Part shown: positions 39,778 through 49,296 of the stretch, piece after piece
How the letters are laid out: each line of letters opens with the position of its first letter
Numbering within the stretch: position 1 is the stretch's first letter
Assembly: GCA_003250975.1 (NCBI GenBank)
Contig: QKIY01000028.1
Location: 195,248 to 259,247 of the forward strand
Reading direction: 5' to 3'
Length of the DNA stretch: 64,000 nucleotides
Origin: Gammaproteobacteria bacterium
Lineage (GTDB): Bacteria; Pseudomonadota; Gammaproteobacteria; Eutrophobiales; Eutrophobiaceae
Program-made: the position numbers and the translations under genes
Notes under the pieces: generated by a model
Database searches by the model: none
What the model saw: only the letters and a program-made list of their open reading frames with translations
Told to the model about the DNA's origin: nothing

Positions 39778-42045
39778 ATGAACAAGTTAAAATACAATTT
39801 ATATGTATTGATAGCAGTCGCCTTCCTTTCCTCAAACAACGTCATTGCACAGGAGGAAGGGGGGTTTATGCTTGAGGAAGTTACAGAGGCACCAGCACCT
39901 GTGTATTTCAGTTTTGTTGAAGGTGGCGGCATCTATTCCAGTGCGGATTCCTTCAAATTCGGGGAATACAACGGCCTGGAAGAAGAGGGCTTTTACGCCA
40001 ATTTCAATTTCGGGGTGAGCCTATTGACCGCCTACGATGATAACAGTACGCAGTATGCGGATTTTTCAGGTACCAATGTAGGACTGGATAACCGCTCGTT
40101 GTACGGAGAATACGGTCAACAGGGAAGATACAGTGTCTATGCTGAATATGATCAAATACCCCACAACCGCCTCGATGATGCCCTCACACCCTTTGTCGGC
40201 GCCGGTACGAACAACCAGACCCTGCCGGCCAGCTTTTCTCCTACTGCCACCGTGACCACTCAATTGCCACTGCAATCAACTTTAAACCAGGTGGATGTCG
40301 AAACAGACCGCTATACGGCTGGCGCAGGTTTTACCTGGATCCCCCTGGAAAACTGGCAGTTAAGAGGAAACTACCACCATCAAATCAAGGACGGCACCGA
40401 GACCCTGGCCTCCATATTCGCCCAGGGTGGTGGCGGGAACCTTCGTTCATCGATACTCGTCGTGCCGGTTGATTACCAGTTCGATGAAGCTGATGTAGGC
40501 GTTGCCTATACAACCAAGCAATACCAGGTAGACCTCAGTTATCATTTTTCATACTTCAATAACTCAGAAGGAGCAGTGAACTGGCGCAACCCCTTCAATG
40601 AAGGCGGTGGTGGAACCGGCGCCCGATTCAATGATCCGGGCTTAATCGCAACGGCACCTGACAATACTGCCCACCAGGTGACATTGTCAGGCGGTTATAA
40701 CTTCGGGGCGACTTCCCGCCTATCGGGAAGCTTCTCCTGGGGACAGATGCTGCAGAGTGACAGTTTCTATAACTACAGCGTCAATCCGAGATTCCCCATC
40801 ACCACTCTGCTGCCGCGAGGCGATCTTGACGGGGAGATTCAAACTCTCTTTGCCAACCTGAATTTCACCACGCGGCCAATCAGGAATCTGAGCTTAGGGG
40901 CCCACTATACCTATGATGACAGGGACAACCAGTCCCCTCGGGATGTTTACTCGAGGATCCGGAACGATGCCTCCGCTCAGGCGGATCCTACCGATCCCAC
41001 CGATGAGAATAACAGGGTCCCGCGCCCCTACAGCCTGGAGCGGCATAAGGTTGAACTGGATGCTGACTATCGCCTGACCAGGATATTCAAGCTTGGGGCC
41101 GGCTATGAATTTGAACAAATAGACCGGGATTTATCGGAAGTCGATTCCACCCGGGAGCATACCGGTAAGGTCAAACTTTCCTTGACACCTTACGGCTCAA
41201 CAAGTGGCTGGATTAAATATGCCTTTTCAAGGCGCACCGGGGATGACTATGTCACCAACCTTCCATTCGTTGAAGGACAGACAGCAGCCCATATTGCGAC
41301 CCTGACATTCGATGAGTTGTTCGAGAATGATCCAACACTGCTTAAATGGTATATGAATGATCGGGATAAACATGATGTGAAAGGGAACATCAATTTTACC
41401 CCTGCTAACACGGTGTCATTAGGGTTGACCGGTGGCGTATCCCTTAGTGATTACAATGATTCAACAACCCTCGGACCATCGCTCGGATTACGCAAGGATA
41501 CCAGGGGCTATGGCACCTTCGATTTAGGACTGTATCCAACGGAAAATATTGATACCTATGCCTATGTGACATATGAGCGCATTCAGCGTGAACAGAATGG
41601 CTACGAACGTAACACCGTAGTTACCCCGCTATCCGTGCGTGACCCGGGCAGGTTCTGGGATTTAGATACCATTGACGATGTTTACTCACTCGGTACCGGT
41701 GTTAATATTCGTGACTTGATGGGCGGCAGGGTGGATATCAACGCAGATTACACATTTTCCTACGCTGACACCGAAATCGACCCTGTAGGCGGCACCACTC
41801 TACAACCCGTTTTCGATCTCACTCACCTGACGACGAGGACACACAGCTTTAACATCACGGGCGATTACAGGCTGAGAGATAATATGAAAGTAAGGCTTGC
41901 TTATCTCTTTGAATACTTCAAAACACGTGATTTTTCCCTTAGCCAGGTGTACCCGGATTCGTTAAATAACGTTCTTTTACTCGGTAACACCGATCCGAAT
42001 TACACAGCCCATGTAGGCTGGCTCTCATTCATTTATGAATTCTAG
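39778..42045 (+). CDS. outer-membrane beta-barrel, MtrB/MtoB/PioB-like (decahaem-associated porin)
   Basis: Signal peptide (MNKLKYNLYVLIAVAFLSSNNVIAQ). 755 aa rich in Y/G/N/D/T with alternating amphipathic beta-strand pattern. C-terminal ...SFIYEF with terminal Phe. Immediately follows the decahaem gene. Confidence 0.65.
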   Translation: MNKLKYNLYVLIAVAFLSSNNVIAQEEGGFMLEEVTEAPAPVYFSFVEGGGIYSSADSFKFGEYNGLEEEGFYANFNFGVSLLTAYDDNSTQYADFSGTNVGLDNRSLYGEYGQQGRYSVYAEYDQIPHNRLDDALTPFVGAGTNNQTLPASFSPTATVTTQLPLQSTLNQVDVETDRYTAGAGFTWIPLENWQLRGNYHHQIKDGTETLASIFAQGGGGNLRSSILVVPVDYQFDEADVGVAYTTKQYQVDLSYHFSYFNNSEGAVNWRNPFNEGGGGTGARFNDPGLIATAPDNTAHQVTLSGGYNFGATSRLSGSFSWGQMLQSDSFYNYSVNPRFPITTLLPRGDLDGEIQTLFANLNFTTRPIRNLSLGAHYTYDDRDNQSPRDVYSRIRNDASAQADPTDPTDENNRVPRPYSLERHKVELDADYRLTRIFKLGAGYEFEQIDRDLSEVDSTREHTGKVKLSLTPYGSTSGWIKYAFSRRTGDDYVTNLPFVEGQTAAHIATLTFDELFENDPTLLKWYMNDRDKHDVKGNINFTPANTVSLGLTGGVSLSDYNDSTTLGPSLGLRKDTRGYGTFDLGLYPTENIDTYAYVTYERIQREQNGYERNTVVTPLSVRDPGRFWDLDTIDDVYSLGTGVNIRDLMGGRVDINADYTFSYADTEIDPVGGTTLQPVFDLTHLTTRTHSFNITGDYRLRDNMKVRLAYLFEYFKTRDFSLSQVYPDSLNNVLLLGNTDPNYTAHVGWLSFIYEF

Positions 42046-42071
42046 GGGGTGTTTCTGATATTCAAGCTAAC

Positions 42072-42102
42072 ATGCATGACAGGCAGAATGCCTGTCATGC
42101 AT
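42072..42102. terminator. strong 13-bp-stem hairpin between convergent barrel gene and comF
   Basis: ATGCATGACAGGC-agaat-GCCTGTCATGCAT, perfect stem; no obvious T-tract on either side. Confidence 0.45.
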
Positions 42103-42144
42103 ATCTGAACAGAAATATCTTGCCGTTTTCCCCTGATTGACTGA

Positions 42145-42894
42145 TCACTCCTGACCTGGGCGTGCGCAGACCCAGGCATCAACCCGACTGGCCCCTGCCC
42201 GTTTTAAAGCCCGGGCGGCCTCGCGCAGGGTTGCCCCCGTCGTCATAACATCATCTATCAATGCCAGATGGCGGCCGCGCACATCCGCGTTGGCGGTTAG
42301 GGCAAAGGCGCCCCTCATGTTGCGGCGGCGTTGCGGCCTTTTCAGCCCGCTCTGGGCAATGGTCGGGCGCAGCCTTTGCAAAGTGTGGATTGTTGCCGGG
42401 ATTCCCGTGGCAGCGGAAAATGCCCTTGCCAGGCAGGCAGACTGGTTGTAACCGCGTTCCCGCAGCCGCCCCCTGTGCAATGGGATGGGGATCAGTTGCT
42501 CGGGCAGAACCAGGAGCCCGGCCTCAGCCAATCCATGGTAGGCAAGCGCGAAAAACCCGGCCAGCCCGGGGCGGGCGTGGAACTTCATCTCCTGTATCAC
42601 CCGGTCCACGGGATAGCTATAGCGGAAGGGCGCAATCACCACATCGAGAGCTGGTCCCGCGGCCCCCAGGCACTCGGCACAGATCTGACCATGGCAGTCC
42701 GGCAGGGCGCAGACGGGACAGGGGTCTCTATTAAGCGGGAGTTCCCGCAGGCAAGGCGTGCAAACGGGCAAGCGGCCTGAAGGGGCGTAGCACAAAAAGC
42801 AGCTACCTGGGATAGATTGGTCATTTATTAACCACCTGTTAAGACCATGCCGGGCCATTAACTTGACTGCCGTATCTTTCAGTGTAATCTCCAT
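42145..42894 (-). CDS. comF: ComF-family protein (phosphoribosyltransferase domain, N-terminal Cys4 zinc finger)
   Basis: CFLCYA...CTPC...CPVC...CAEC zinc-ribbon cysteines; C-terminal PRTase motif LALIDDVMTTGATL. ORF-track start 42996 would overlap bioB, so I trimmed to Met at 42894. Confidence 0.75.
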   Translation of the reverse strand: MEITLKDTAVKLMARHGLNRWLINDQSIPGSCFLCYAPSGRLPVCTPCLRELPLNRDPCPVCALPDCHGQICAECLGAAGPALDVVIAPFRYSYPVDRVIQEMKFHARPGLAGFFALAYHGLAEAGLLVLPEQLIPIPLHRGRLRERGYNQSACLARAFSAATGIPATIHTLQRLRPTIAQSGLKRPQRRRNMRGAFALTANADVRGRHLALIDDVMTTGATLREAARALKRAGASRVDAWVCARPGQE

Positions 42895-42931
42895 GCAGAC
42901 TTTATCCCGTTGACCAAGGACATCTTCCCTT

Positions 42932-43903
42932 ATGCAAAGCCCCGATACCTCAGGAGCAAATACTATACGCCATGACTGGTCTGAGGATGAAGTCACGGCC
43001 CTGTTTCAAACGCCATTTAATGACCTTGTCTTTCGCGCCCAGTCGCTCTATCGCCAGTTCTTTGACCCCAATGCGATCCAGCTCAGCACCCTGCTCAATA
43101 TCAAGACCGGCGGGTGCCCGGAGGATTGTGCTTATTGCCCCCAAAGCGCCCGCTATGCCACGGGTCTGAACGCCGAGCCACTGATGGACATTGCAGAGGT
43201 GAAATCGGCCGCTGTTCAGGCCAGGGAAAAGGGGGCCAGCCGGTTTTGCATGGGTGCCGCCTGGCGTAGCCCGAAGGACCGTGACCTAGACCAGGTGATC
43301 GAGATGATCCGCGTCGTCAAGGATCAGGGCCTGGAGGCTTGTGCAACGCTGGGGATGCTGACCAGGGAGCAGGCCGACAAGCTGAAATCCGCGGGCCTGG
43401 ATTTCTACAATCATAATCTGGATACTTCCGAGGCCTTTTACGAGACGATTATTTCAACCCGCACCTACCAGGATCGGCTGGACACCCTGGAGGCTGTCCG
43501 TGAGGCGGGCATGAAAGTCTGTTGTGGCGGTATCGTGGGCATGGGAGAAGGCCTGGCAGACCGGGTACAGATGCTGATCACACTGGCCAACCTGCCCAGT
43601 CACCCCGAGAGCGTCCCGATCAATCTGTTGGTCAGGGTGGAGGGCACGCCATTGGAAGATCAGGCCGATCTGGATCCCTTTGACATGGTACGGATGATCG
43701 CTGTTGCCCGTATCATGATGCCGGCATCCTATGTGCGCCTGTCCGCCGGGCGTAATGAAATGACGGATGAGTTGCAGGCCCTGTGTTTTCTCGCGGGCGC
43801 CAACTCGGTCTTCTATGGCGAGAAGTTGCTGACGACCGGCAATCCCGAATTTGCCCGGGACCAGTCATTATTCCGCCGTTTGGGATTAAAGGCCACGCAT
43901 TAA
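42932..43903 (+). CDS. bioB: biotin synthase
   Basis: Radical-SAM [11 protein letters not shown]; 323 aa. Confidence 0.93.
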   Translation: MQSPDTSGANTIRHDWSEDEVTALFQTPFNDLVFRAQSLYRQFFDPNAIQLSTLLNIKTGGCPEDCAYCPQSARYATGLNAEPLMDIAEVKSAAVQAREKGASRFCMGAAWRSPKDRDLDQVIEMIRVVKDQGLEACATLGMLTREQADKLKSAGLDFYNHNLDTSEAFYETIISTRTYQDRLDTLEAVREAGMKVCCGGIVGMGEGLADRVQMLITLANLPSHPESVPINLLVRVEGTPLEDQADLDPFDMVRMIAVARIMMPASYVRLSAGRNEMTDELQALCFLAGANSVFYGEKLLTTGNPEFARDQSLFRRLGLKATH

Positions 43904-43924
43904 ACATTTCATCCGGGCTCTATA

Positions 43925-45124
43925 GTGACCGATCTTCCCCCGCGCTTTCGGCAGGCCCTTGAGCAAGACAGACAGGAACGGGCCCGGCAGGGGCTGACGC
44001 GCCAGCGCCGTGCCAGAGAATTTGCCCCGCCCCCTTTTGCAATACTTGATGGCCGTTCGGTCATTAATTTCTGCAGCAATGATTACCTAGGGCTCTCGGG
44101 CCACCCGGCCTTGATTAAGGCCACGCGTGAAGGCCTGGATGAATACGGCCTGGGCAGCGGTGCCTCGCAACTGGTCTGTGGTTATTCAGCCGTGCACAAA
44201 GAACTCGAGGAAAGGTTGGCCGAACATACCGGCAGGTCACGCGCCGTGCTGTTTTCAAATGGCTATATGGCAAACCTCGCCATCATCGACAGCCTGCTGG
44301 GCAAGGGTGATTGTGTGTTTGGCGATCGCCTGAACCATGCCTCGCTGATCGATGCCGCCCGGTTATCGCGAGCAGTGTATAAGCGTTATCCGCATGGTGA
44401 TGTGAATGCACTAACCAGGCTGTTACAACACAACGACACCGGAAAGGCGCTGGTGTCAACCGATGCGGTTTTTAGTATGGACGGTGATATTGCGCCGCTG
44501 AAAGAGATGGTCCACCTGTGTACCGAGCATGGCGCCCTGCTGTCGGTCGATGATGCCCACGGTTTTGGTGTGCTGGGCCGGAAAGGGGCCGGCACGCTGG
44601 AGCAGCTTGGCCTGGGCCCGGAACAGGTGCCGCTCTTGATGGCGACCTTTGGCAAGGCCCTGGGCGGCTTTGGCGCCTTTGTCGCTGGCGATGAACTGAT
44701 CATTGACAACCTGGTTCAGCGTGCCCGTACGCTGATCTATACCACGGCCCCACCGCCCGCCTTGGCGAAGGCCGCTTTGCGGGCGCTGACTCTGCTAACC
44801 GAGGAGGCCTGGCGGCGGGAAAAATTGTCTGAACTAACTGAGCATTTTATTCAGGGTGCACGTGAGCACGGCCTACCTTTGGCCGGTTCAACAACCCCGA
44901 TACAGCCCGTCATCCTGGGTACGGCCGCCAAGGCGGTAATGGTCAGCAGGCAATTACTCGAGCGGGGATTCTGGGTCACGGCCATCCGGCCGCCAACGGT
45001 GCCCCAAGGCACGAGCCGTCTGCGGATCACGCTGAGCGCAGCGCACGAGATTGCCCATATCGATGCACTGCTGGATGCCCTGGTAGAAGTCCTGGGGCAG
45101 GAGGAACGGGCATGCGGTCAATAA
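43925..45124 (+). CDS. bioF: 8-amino-7-oxononanoate synthase
   Basis: Class II aminotransferase fold, PLP-lysine region SVDDAHGFGVLG...TFGKALG. Confidence 0.9.
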   Translation: MTDLPPRFRQALEQDRQERARQGLTRQRRAREFAPPPFAILDGRSVINFCSNDYLGLSGHPALIKATREGLDEYGLGSGASQLVCGYSAVHKELEERLAEHTGRSRAVLFSNGYMANLAIIDSLLGKGDCVFGDRLNHASLIDAARLSRAVYKRYPHGDVNALTRLLQHNDTGKALVSTDAVFSMDGDIAPLKEMVHLCTEHGALLSVDDAHGFGVLGRKGAGTLEQLGLGPEQVPLLMATFGKALGGFGAFVAGDELIIDNLVQRARTLIYTTAPPPALAKAALRALTLLTEEAWRREKLSELTEHFIQGAREHGLPLAGSTTPIQPVILGTAAKAVMVSRQLLERGFWVTAIRPPTVPQGTSRLRITLSAAHEIAHIDALLDALVEVLGQEERACGQ

Positions 45125-45858
45125 GGCTAAAGGTGCTGCCCGGCTGGGGACTGCCAGCTGCCGTGATGTTGGAATATGTCTCTGAACTGAGTGCTCACTT
45201 TCACACAGAGATAGTGAATTTACCGGGTTATGGAACGGATTACCCAGACAGGCTCCGGGATATGGGGGGGCTGGTCGATGCCTTAAGCCCGCAGATCAAG
45301 CAACCCTGCGTGTTGCTAGGCTGGTCATTGGGTGGCATGGCGGCCCTGGGTCTCGCATCAGAACTGGGAGACAAGGCGCTTGGGGTATTCTTGCTTGCCA
45401 GCACACCTTGTTTTGTCAACAGGCCCGGTTGGTCACACGGCGTATTGCAGGACGACATCGGGCGTATGTTGGAAATAGTTGAAGACCAGCCGGGCCATGT
45501 CTTGCAAGGTTTCGCTGGGCTGGTGGCAACCGGGGATGCTGCCGCCCAGACAACACTGCGCAGCTTGAAAGACGCGGTCGCTGAGCCCCCGGCAAGGCCC
45601 GCCACCCTGGCGGACGGCCTTCAAATATTGATGATATCGGATCTGCGTAACGAACTCGCGGGCCTGAAATGTCCTGCCGCGCTGTTGCTGGGCGGGGAGG
45701 ACCGGCTTGTCCATCGCGGGACAGCGGAGGCCAGTCACGCCCTCTTTCCCGGACTGCGTGCAGAATTGATTGAAGATGCCGGCCACGCCCCGTTTCTCTC
45801 CTGTCCAAGGGAGACGGTAAAAAAGACGCTGCAACTGCTGAAAGGAATGCAGATATGA
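45112..45858 (+). CDS. bioH: pimeloyl-ACP methyl ester esterase
   Basis: alpha/beta hydrolase with GWSLGG nucleophile elbow; overlaps bioF and bioC. Confidence 0.8.
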   Translation: MRSIRLKVLPGWGLPAAVMLEYVSELSAHFHTEIVNLPGYGTDYPDRLRDMGGLVDALSPQIKQPCVLLGWSLGGMAALGLASELGDKALGVFLLASTPCFVNRPGWSHGVLQDDIGRMLEIVEDQPGHVLQGFAGLVATGDAAAQTTLRSLKDAVAEPPARPATLADGLQILMISDLRNELAGLKCPAALLLGGEDRLVHRGTAEASHALFPGLRAELIEDAGHAPFLSCPRETVKKTLQLLKGMQI

Positions 45859-46727
45859 GCGGACGGGAAAAGATATGGGTGGCAGAGCGGTTTAACCGTG
45901 CTGCAAGGGATTATGACGAGCACGCGGTGTTACAGAAGGCCGTTGCCGAAAGGCTGTTGGCTCGTCTGGATTACCTGCGCATTTCTCCCTCGTGGGTGCT
46001 GGACCTGGGTTCCGGTACAGGCGCCTCGGCTCGGTCGCTTGCGGGCCGCTATCGACGGGCACGGGTCCTGCACCTGGACCTCTCGGTCGCAATGCTGGCC
46101 ACTGCTCGTGCCCAGGGGCCGCGGTTCTTTTCCCGGCATGCGTATGTTATGGCTGACATGGAGCAGCTTCCCCTCCCCGCCAACAGCATGGACATGGTCT
46201 ACTCCTCGCTCACACTGCAATGGAGCCATTCACCCGATCGTGTATTTCAGGAAGTACAGCGGGTCTTAAAACCGGATGGCCTTTTCCTCTTTTCCAGCCT
46301 CGGTCCTGACACCCTGAAAGAGCTGCGGGCGAGCTGGCAGGCCGTAGACGACAAGCAACATGTAAACATCTTTCCGGATATGCATGAAGTGGGTGACGGT
46401 CTGCTGCGCACTGGGATGGAAGATGTTGTTATGGATATGGAGATCATGACGATGCGTTACCCCGATTGCTACGGGCTCATGCGCGACCTGAAGCTCGTCG
46501 GCGCCAACAGCCTAATCGCGGGACGCAATAAGGGGCTTACTGGCAAGCAGAAGATGAAGGCCATGATGCAGGCTTACGAAAACTACCGCCGCGAAGGGCT
46601 GCTGCCCGCTACCTACGAGGTGGTCTATGGACATGGGCGTAAGTCCGTCAGGCCGGAGCAACATCTGCAGGACAATGTGGCCTATATCAGCGTCGATAGC
46701 CTGCGTCGGGGGATACGGAAAAGATGA
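45855..46727 (+). CDS. bioC: malonyl-ACP O-methyltransferase
   Basis: SAM-MTase motif I VLDLGSGTG; position in bio operon. Confidence 0.85.
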   Translation: MSGREKIWVAERFNRAARDYDEHAVLQKAVAERLLARLDYLRISPSWVLDLGSGTGASARSLAGRYRRARVLHLDLSVAMLATARAQGPRFFSRHAYVMADMEQLPLPANSMDMVYSSLTLQWSHSPDRVFQEVQRVLKPDGLFLFSSLGPDTLKELRASWQAVDDKQHVNIFPDMHEVGDGLLRTGMEDVVMDMEIMTMRYPDCYGLMRDLKLVGANSLIAGRNKGLTGKQKMKAMMQAYENYRREGLLPATYEVVYGHGRKSVRPEQHLQDNVAYISVDSLRRGIRKR

Positions 46728-47407
46728 AACCCGTTTCTGGTTACTTTATTACCGCGACAGACACGGGCGTAGGCAAGACCTGGTGCACCCTGGCTCTGAT
46801 GCAAATGTTCCAGTCGCAGGGACTCAGCGTGGTCGGCATGAAGCCGGTAGCCAGCGGTTGCCGCGAGAAGGGTGGGCACCTCCTGAACGAAGATGCCGAA
46901 CTTATCCAACAACAGGCCACAGGTATCCCTGACTATGAGCGCGTGAATCCCTATGCGTTCGCCCCGCCTATTGCCCCGCACATCGCGGCAGAAAAAGCCA
47001 AGGTGAAGATCTGTCTGCCAGATCTGCAAATAAGTTACAACGAACTGGCCGAAGGAAATGACAGGATCATCGTTGAAGGCGTTGGCGGCTGGCGTGTTCC
47101 TTTGGGACAAGACCAAAGCCTGGCCGACCTGGTGCGGCTGCTTGGCCTACCGGTGATCCTCGTTGTCGGCCTACGGCTCGGCTGCATCAGCCACGCCATA
47201 ATGACGGCGGAGGTGATCCGGGCTGATGGCCTACCGCTGGCTGGCTGGGTTGCCAACCACTGCCAGCGGGATTACGCGGAAGAAGACGCCACCTTATCCA
47301 CGCTCAGGAGCCAGATCACAGCGCCCCTGCTGGGAGTGCTACCATGGTTGCCCGCGCTGGATGTGGCCAGGCTGTCTGCCGGGTTGGATCCTACAGCCTT
47401 CACCTGA
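46724..47407 (+). CDS. bioD: dethiobiotin synthetase
   Basis: P-loop ITATDTGVGKT; 227 aa. Confidence 0.9.
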   Translation: MKPVSGYFITATDTGVGKTWCTLALMQMFQSQGLSVVGMKPVASGCREKGGHLLNEDAELIQQQATGIPDYERVNPYAFAPPIAPHIAAEKAKVKICLPDLQISYNELAEGNDRIIVEGVGGWRVPLGQDQSLADLVRLLGLPVILVVGLRLGCISHAIMTAEVIRADGLPLAGWVANHCQRDYAEEDATLSTLRSQITAPLLGVLPWLPALDVARLSAGLDPTAFT

Positions 47408-47550
47408 GTAGGAAAAAATTCACCGGATCAGGAGTAAAAACTTGCCAAAAAGCGCAAAGTTTTGGCATATTGGAGTCCGTGCGCAGTCTCACCTACCCGT
47501 GGTACAGGTTTAAAATAAAAGATTGAGACCAGAGGTCTCCGGGGAAAAAG

Positions 47551-48036
47551 GTGATATATCGTGTGCAAGGTTCCAACAAGACCCGCGTGGATTTTGTTGT
47601 GAAACCGAACCAGGCTATGTCCTGGCGTGCACAGATGACTATTTATTCGGGGGTAGCCGCAGTAACCATTACTATCGGGACCCTGTTTTACCTGAAGGGT
47701 CTGACCTTGATCTTGCCCTTTTCCGGATTAGAAATACTGGCGCTAGGCATCGCCCTGTATCTTTGCGCGTGGCGCAGCGGGATCCGCGAAGTGATCTCGA
47801 TAAGCAGTGACGAAATAGTTATTGAACGGGGGCGTACAGGCCCCGAGAATCGCCAGGTGTTCCAGCGTCCATGGGCAAAACTTGTATTAGAGCGTTCATG
47901 GAATAACTGGTATCCTAGCCGGCTGTTGCTCCGGTCGCATGGTAGGCAAACGGAAATCGGGGGGTTCCTCAACGAGCAGGAACGCCAGGGACTTGCGGAA
48001 TTGCTGGAGCAGGCCCTGGCTGACAAGACAGAATAA
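47551..48036 (+). CDS. DUF2244-type integral membrane protein of cytochrome oxidase clusters
   Basis: GTG start, two TM helices then a soluble tail; sits directly upstream of coxB as in other proteobacterial cox loci. Confidence 0.5.
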   Translation: MIYRVQGSNKTRVDFVVKPNQAMSWRAQMTIYSGVAAVTITIGTLFYLKGLTLILPFSGLEILALGIALYLCAWRSGIREVISISSDEIVIERGRTGPENRQVFQRPWAKLVLERSWNNWYPSRLLLRSHGRQTEIGGFLNEQERQGLAELLEQALADKTE

Positions 48037-48105
48037 TGAATTAGAAATTCTACGTTAAAATATTAAACAAAAATTTTTTACTACATTTTTGCCGAGGATA
48101 GCTGC

Positions 48106-49248
48106 ATGTTTTTCAATAAGCTGAGAAATTGCCTATTAGGGGCTGGAACGATGTTCTCGTTGTTATGGGCGGGGGCAGTAAATGCAGAGTGGGGGCTCAA
48201 TATGACACCGGGTGTAACCCCGGTCAGCCAGGATGTCTATGACCTGCACATGCTGATTCTATACGTGGTGACGGTCATTGGCATCATCGTCTTCAGTATC
48301 ATGTTCTGGTCAATTTTCCACCACCGCAAGTCAAAGGGCGCAGTTGCCGCCAAGTTCCACCACAGCACATTCGCCGAGATCGCCTGGACCATCGTCCCGG
48401 TGTTGATCCTAGTCGGCATGGCCGTTCCGGCAACCAAGACACTAATTAAAATGGAACAGACAGGTGATGCCGATATCACCGTCAAGATCACGGGCTATCA
48501 GTGGAAATGGAAATACGACTATCTTAACGAAGACCTCAGTTTCTTCAGCGTTCTGGCCCAGGACAGTAACGAGGCGCGCCAGCTGGGTTCAAACATAGAT
48601 CCGGCAAGCGTGGATCATTACCTGCTTAATGTGGATCAGCCAATCGTCCTCCCGGTCAACAAGAAAGTCCGCTTGCTGACCACGGCCAATGACGTTATTC
48701 ACGCCTGGTGGGTGCCGGCCCTGGGCTGGAAGCGTGATGCCATTCCCGGCTTTATTAATGATAACTGGGCCATCATCGAAAAAGAGGGGACTTATCGCGG
48801 CCAATGTGCGGAGCTGTGTGGCAAGGATCACGGCTTTATGCCCATCGTGGTCAAGGCTGTTCCGGAAGACGAATATGAAGCTTGGATAGAGGATATGAAA
48901 CTGGCACAAGCCGAGGCCGCGGCGAGCGGTGAGCGCGAGTGGAGCAAGGATGAACTGATGGCCAAGGGCAAGGACCTGTATGCCAAGAACTGTGCGGCCT
49001 GCCACATGGCCGAGGGGCAGGGGGTCCCGGGGATGTTCCCTTCATTGGCGGGCAGCCCGATTGTAGCGACCGCAGAGGGTTTGCCTGATCACATAGACAG
49101 GCTCCTCAATGGTAAGAACCTCATGCCCGCCTTCGGTGAACAGTTGTCTGATGCGGATATTGCCGCCGTCATCACCTTTGAGCGTAATGCCTGGGGTAAC
49201 GATACAGGCGACGTGGTTCAGCCGAAAGATATCAAGGCTGCACGTTAA
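48106..49248 (+). CDS. coxB: cytochrome c oxidase subunit II with fused C-terminal cytochrome c domain
   Basis: CuA ligands (H...CAELCGKDHGFM) and C-terminal CAACH haem c motif; 380 aa. Confidence 0.93.
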   Translation: MFFNKLRNCLLGAGTMFSLLWAGAVNAEWGLNMTPGVTPVSQDVYDLHMLILYVVTVIGIIVFSIMFWSIFHHRKSKGAVAAKFHHSTFAEIAWTIVPVLILVGMAVPATKTLIKMEQTGDADITVKITGYQWKWKYDYLNEDLSFFSVLAQDSNEARQLGSNIDPASVDHYLLNVDQPIVLPVNKKVRLLTTANDVIHAWWVPALGWKRDAIPGFINDNWAIIEKEGTYRGQCAELCGKDHGFMPIVVKAVPEDEYEAWIEDMKLAQAEAAASGEREWSKDELMAKGKDLYAKNCAACHMAEGQGVPGMFPSLAGSPIVATAEGLPDHIDRLLNGKNLMPAFGEQLSDADIAAVITFERNAWGNDTGDVVQPKDIKAAR

Positions 49249-49296
49249 GCAGGAATTCTTGTTCAGTTATTAAAAATTTATAAAGAGGATAGACAA

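Noticed and set aside
42261-42780. two overlapping + strand ORFs (157 and 149 aa) inside comF
   Set aside because: Arg/Gly/Pro-rich translations typical of GC-rich antisense; comF zinc-finger and PRTase motifs are on the minus strand.
45416-45834. minus-strand ORFs (130-133 aa) inside bioH
   Set aside because: Antisense to the alpha/beta hydrolase with a clear GWSLGG elbow.
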